Shown: one piece after another, positions 58,818-64,000 of the stretch
How the letters are laid out: every line of letters begins with the position of its first letter
Position numbering within the stretch: position 1 is the first letter of the stretch
Assembly: GCA_004764695.1 (NCBI GenBank)
Contig: SMSO01000004.1
Location: 1,860,001-1,924,000 of the forward strand
Source: Schizochytrium sp. TIO01
Lineage: Eukaryota > Protista > Bigyra: Labyrinthulomycetes
DNA: 64,000 nucleotides
Direction: 5' to 3'
Program-made: the position numbers and the translations under genes
The notes under the pieces: generated by a model
What the model saw: the letters and a program-made list of their open reading frames with translations, nothing else
What the model was told of the DNA's origin: nothing
Database searches by the model: none

Positions 58818-58850
58818 ATCATCATCATCATCAACAACAACAACAACAAC
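58818..58850. repeat. (ATC)n(AAC)n compound trinucleotide repeat in the 3' flank of the CFAP107-like gene
   Basis: Read directly. Confidence 0.9.
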
Positions 58851-59446
58851 AGCAATGACAACCAATCGATTGAGTAACATAGAGCAGTCTGTATAGATTC
58901 CCCAGGCGATATCGCAACAGCCTAATTCTCCTCATTCCCAACCACCTCACCTCCCAATTCTACGACTATGTACTTTTATGCATAGCTTCTGTTTTAAAAC
59001 TTTAAAGTAGATACTTGAATCCTAGTATGTTGGTCCCTGCGCGCTTTCCTAAACACCTCTTCTCTCTGTTTTTAAAATTAAACAATAATTGTATTTTAAA
59101 AGGAGAACTCTTTGGAAAAAGATGCATCCTTGTCTCCTCTAAGGATTTGACAGAGGGAAAATTTTCTGTGAGTTGATACGTATCACACTTATCAAATGAA
59201 GATGAAGTCAGCATTTAGAGGTCGAGTCCAGTAGCTTATGAAGTCTATAGATTTTCGACTTAATAGTTCGAGGTTTGCTGGCCTCCATAAAGTATTCCAA
59301 ATCTAACACACAATTACAGACAGATTTAAAAAAAAAATATTTATATATCAAGTATTTGTTTGGTGTTATTTAGCTGCAATATAAGAAGTGCTTAAGGGCT
59401 AAGTCACATTTCTGATCTTATGGCTTGAGAGCAGTCTTAAATAAAG

Positions 59447-61334
59447 CTAATGCATTGCTGATACTCGAAGAAACCAAGTGTCTTGGAACGTATCACCCAG
59501 GGCTCTAGCAGTTCTGCATCTACTGAATATTTCGATTCTCAATCTCTGAACTTCCCCCAAGTTAAATAAAACTTGTTGCATTATGAAGCGCAACCTTGTG
59601 CCTGCTATTGTTGAGAGTTGGGGAGACTCTCGGAAGTATTCTGTGCTCAGTGAATGCGCGAACCCTGATATCTCCTGCTTCCAGCTTGACAGCAAGATTA
59701 AGGTACTCGAGTGAACTTGAGTGAGAGTAATTTCTATCTCCCCTTATCAATGCCTCTTTTTTATAGTGTTCCTTGCAACTTGGGACTCAGAGAAGACCTC
59801 GATACATTCAATGTCAGTTCAAATTCTGGAACTAAGGCTTGGAGACCTGAGGATTATCGTTAGCTTCTTATATACTAACGAGTTCTGCTTCGAGAGGGCT
59901 TCCTGCAATGAAAGATTGCTTAATCCAATTTCAACATATGCTCGGAAGGGCCTACCTTCAAAACATAGTGTCCAATCAACGTAGAGGCGCGCCTTTCTGG
60001 TAAGGAACCATATCGGTGTCCTCGCCAATAAGTCGGGACATGTACTGCTTCTGTGACGGACTTAAGTCCGTAGAATCATACAATCTCGAAGACAGGATCG
60101 CGTAATATAAGTGCATGTAATATCCTTTTGGGAAAGAATTGTGAAACGGCCTACCACACCCAGAGGGCCGCTTCACGTGGTTCTCTTGACGGACTTATTG
60201 TATAGCTGACCTTATCTTGATCGAGTAGGTAGGCATGCAAATCGAAATTTTACTGTAGATAGTCCATGCTCAGTGCATTTGAATATAGAATGCAAGTCAG
60301 AACACTATCATAAATCGAGATGATTAATATATTGTGATACAGTCAATTCTGATGCGGGAATAAGAATCCACAGTAGTTGTCTGACTGGGTAGTTGAGCCT
60401 AATGGGAATGGCGGATTTTACTAAATGTCGCCGTGTTCTCATCATTGGTGGGGTCTTTGTACAGCAACGAAGGTCGGCGTTGCCGGTTGTAGGTAGTCTG
60501 CTTCAAATTGAGTAAAATGATATGTCTCTCGATGATGATCAGTGGGACTGAGGGCGCTCCCAATTGTTTTAAATTAGTCATTTCACGTAATTCGAAAACC
60601 TTATGTGTTTGGCATATATGAGTTCCTTCAGGTGGAGAAGTAGGTAACATGTAAAATTAAGAAGCATGAGTTAAAATGTTGACTACCTATGAACCAAAAG
60701 CGTTTGGGTGCCGGAATATGTGTTGATTGACTGGAACAAGCGAGTTGGGATCCAATCAAGTGTGTCTTTCAGATGGATTGGGCTTCTGTCGTTTGGCAAA
60801 ATGGTGATTCCGACCATTCTTCCGCTCGAACTGGGAGGCCTGGTCGTGGTGTATGTTGCTGCGTCCCGCCCTAGTCGAAGATTTACATGGATTATATTTT
60901 ACCGCAGGGGTCACTTTATAAAAGATCGAGTCGTTGTTCATCGATTCTGATTCCATGATCTGATCAAAATAATATTGGAAATGTTGCCTAGAACGGGCCG
61001 GAAAATCGGCCTCAATTGTGGCCTGCAATTGCAGGAGTGCAAGGATCAGTAGCAATTCCTCGGGGTTTGTGTGTAGATTTGTTAGGTCCTCTCCCAGTCC
61101 AACTATTCCATAGAAGAGGCCGGCACATACCTCAAAGTTGCGCCCTGCTTCTAGCATGACTTCATCATCATTGATGATTTTGAGCACTTGCTGGATGATT
61201 TGGGCTTTGGCCCTGACTTTTGGCCTCTGTATCGCTGCAGGATTGAGAAATTCTTTCCTCAGGTCGAGTGCTTCTTTTAAATGTCTTTGTAAGGGCGAGC
61301 GACTAGAAGCATCTAGTTGTCGGGGAAACTCCAT
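59447..61334 (-). pseudogene. Fragmented gene of unknown family; protein-like 5' ~140 codons followed by frameshifted and stop-interrupted pieces
   Basis: The ATG ORF 61334-60756 is helical and protein-like up to about FYKVTP. A chain of same-strand ORF pieces (60650-60399, 60176-59976, 60028-59819, 59750-59562, 59695-59447) then tiles the next 1.3 kb in shifting frames. Confidence 0.55.
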
Positions 61335-63733
61335 GCTCTCCTCCTGAGGCTGTAGTTTGGGTTGTTTTCAAGAGCTGGTGTTGGCAAGGAGAGACACAGT
61401 GGACTGCTGGTCTCTCTGCTCTTGTGAAGGGCTTGAGCTAGTGTTCGAAGAAGGGATTTGGATTACTCCCAGAGTTTCTGCTCATCTTGCCAAATAATGA
61501 CAAGTTTTAGAATATCATGTAGTGAACTATTATTAAGTTTCGTGTTACAGTATACTCAAGAACCAAGACACACTTTTGAATTCGTGGTTAAGAATTGCAT
61601 GATCTAATGTTTTTAGGTTTCCTATGTTTCAGAACATTCATGAAGTTCGAGACAGAAACCCAAGGACTTTGACTGTGTGGCTCTTTCGATAGTTAATCTA
61701 ATCAGAAACTTGTCTATTCTTCAGTTTAGTTCTGGGTGATGTGAGCTCAAGAAAACGCAGAGAGAGAACATAGGAGAGAACAGGCGGGAAACTTCTACTT
61801 CTCCTCACAAAAACATTGTGTCGGCGAGTTTTCTGATATGCATGATACATGGTTTAACTGTGGGATGTGAGATGACATTTGGCTTTAAAATATAAAACTC
61901 TTAGTGAATTTTGTTACTGGTTTTGTAAAGAACACACAGTGGGGAAATCTTCCTACTCCCTCTGTAAATAGTTAAGTCTACTTCCACTGGGTCTCCTCAC
62001 AAGGTATATACAATAGTGTTTTATAGTTGCACATAAATTATAATTGCATTTGTGGATTTAAAATTGCATAAGAACTAATACCAGACTATTCCCCATACTT
62101 GCGAACTTGCAAAGATAGCTTTGTGGAGGTTTCTGCGCTTGGACAATCGAATTGACGCGACATTAGACAAGGAAATGAAAGGGATTTTGAATAGAGAAGT
62201 ATCCTAAGTTTTTAGGTATTGGTTTAAAGGCTTAGCTACTTCATAAATGAATAATCAACCAAGGAAAGCAAGCCATTTTGAGCATATTCTCAAAATTTTT
62301 AGGACGAAGTACGAGAAAGGATTCAAGTTTTCATTTTGAGATTTATCTGCAATCCGAGTAGCTAGAGTATCACCATTATAGACCCTTGCATACAGAGTTC
62401 GGAAGGTGAAAGATCATATTTAGATAACATTAAAATGACATGAACGAAGTCTCGTCTGCATCGGTCATGTGAATAATTTGGAGTCGATAGTCTAGCTAGA
62501 GGTGTGAGTGAAATATATGGAAGTAAAGTTGGGAGGCCTATATGTATAGGCCTATCGCGTGGATTTGCTGATTGAATAGCAACCGCAAAGTCTTAAAAAT
62601 CCACAATTTGAGAAGTGCTACTATTGTGCTTGTGAACTCTACGTAGCGAATCCTCAGTTATGTGAAGCAAAGTGAGATAGATCTCAATGGTTTCGTTGAT
62701 CATCACATGTTTACTGCAGTATGACTAGCTTTGTAGTAGCTACTATTAGGCATTTATCTAACTACATATTTACCTGTACGTGTGCGCCTACCCCCCCTGT
62801 TTACAAAGCACTCTCATTAGTCAAGTGAAAGGTCAAAGTATTTCAGCAACTTAGGTAAAAACTCATGTCAGAACAACCACTCATGTCTGTAAGGAATTTC
62901 GCCGTGATCAACCTGAGATCCACTTGTACAATCGTATACTTTCTTGCTGGGGCCAGATAAAAATCCATTTGAGGCCCACCTCACCAAATCCTACGAGGCA
63001 GAGTTTCCTAGCCCACTCTCTTTTGCGCCTAAAGACAATCCACATCGACGAATGGTAGCTTTTCCAGGTCAAGATTAGGCTTTGGTCCACGAGAGTTAGA
63101 ACAACCTATGTAGCAGTCAGTAGGTAGCAATGCCAAACGACAGTTCAATCGAGGTTTTCTATACACTCAGAATCGAAGCAGATCAAATCATCTTGCATAC
63201 CACAGCAATGACCTCTGCCAGAGCGAGTGGATTCGGGAAGTCAAAGGTCATAATAGCGGTACTATCTTAGTTGCAACGTTCCAGCGCTGGTGCAAACTCA
63301 TGTATAATCAATGAGTATTTGTTCTTCTGGTTTGACTTTTGACACAACTTGCTAAAAGATGTAAATTAAATACCTCTGACTACGACAGTATCCACGTACC
63401 GTACAAGCCTCTCATGGTATCCAGCCTGAGGAAAACAAAACACCTCAATACGATCGACAAGTCCAAAAGCAGCAGAAAGTGGGTGTGTGAAAGAGTGAAA
63501 AAGTCAAGCTATCCACAAAGCTGCAGGTACAAGTAGATAGCACCAGAGACAAAGAACTTGAACTCGGAAAAGAAACAAAGTGAGAGAAAGAAACAAAGAG
63601 AGAGAAAGAAGCAAAGAGAGAGAGAGAGAGAAAGATAGGTGGCGCGTAGTCAAGTTTCACCTTGTGTATACCGTGCTCCGTCTACTCTCTTTTGTTTCTT
63701 CTGTGCCCTCTATCCATCTCAATTTCCCCCCAG

Positions 63734-63958
63734 GTACCTTTGTCCAAAGGGGTGTATACTACGCATATACGCATCGAGTGCGGTGCACACCAACCTATAA
63801 CGATGCACACTCTTTTTCATGCAATACCCTCTCATGAAGCGGGTCCCTCGGGAGATAGGCGTCCAAAAGTTCCCGAAAGGGGGTACATTACCGAGAGTTG
63901 TCACCCATTGTGCACTTTCTTTTCTGTTTGTTTTATCTTTTCTTTTAATCCCTCGCAG
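63734..63958 (+). other. Putative 225-nt intron (probably in the 5' leader of a gene beyond the window) with dense hairpin potential
   Basis: CAG|GTACCT at 63731-63739, pyrimidine tract at 63915-63954 and CGCAG ending at 63958; several short inverted repeats lie between. Confidence 0.4.
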
Positions 63959-64000
63959 AGCGAAGAGGGAAAAAGAAAATTGGAAAACGACGTGGTCAAA

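Noticed and set aside
60355-60420. Minus-strand peptide IRLNYPVRQLLW resembling the NCLDV major capsid motif RLNFNHPVKELxW
   Set aside because: Short, gapped resemblance; the rest of the relic looks helical and shows no other capsid motifs.
63731-63910. TPP, glycine or SAM riboswitch, or H/ACA snoRNA identity for the structured element
   Set aside because: Only scattered sub-motifs occur (AGGGGTG..ATACCCT, GGAGA, ACA); the required cores and spacing are missing.

Overview
Eukaryotic nuclear DNA, not prokaryotic. Genes are mostly single-exon, one has a clear GT-AG intron, and several have probable 5'-UTR introns. Gene content (bacterial-type aconitase B with a mitochondrial presequence, Raptor, G-alpha, flagellar proteins), moderate GC and tetranucleotide-microsatellite-rich spacers suggest a flagellated stramenopile such as an Aurantiochytrium-like thraustochytrid; this is inference. 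Eleven credible protein genes: the C-terminal part of a Cdc7/SepA/MAP3K-epsilon kinase, a 691-aa unknown, a sAC/SgcA-type nucleotidyl cyclase with a STAND NTPase, a divergent G-alpha, AcnB, a 317-aa unknown, Raptor, an ENO4-like pseudo-enolase, a CoA-binding (YccU-like) protein, a PKG-like kinase and a CFAP107-like protein. Two gene deserts (about 1.1-12 kb and 27-39.7 kb) and the right end hold microsatellites and decayed gene relics, two of them ankyrin-like. Best leads: (1) a head-to-head pair of a cyclase with predicted GTP specificity and a G-alpha predicted to be RGS-insensitive, with a non-canonical PKG-like kinase and axonemal genes nearby; (2) a hairpin-dense putative intron at 63.7-63.96 kb with mutually exclusive pairings over its 5' splice site. 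I recognised no tRNA, rRNA, CRISPR array or intact transposon.
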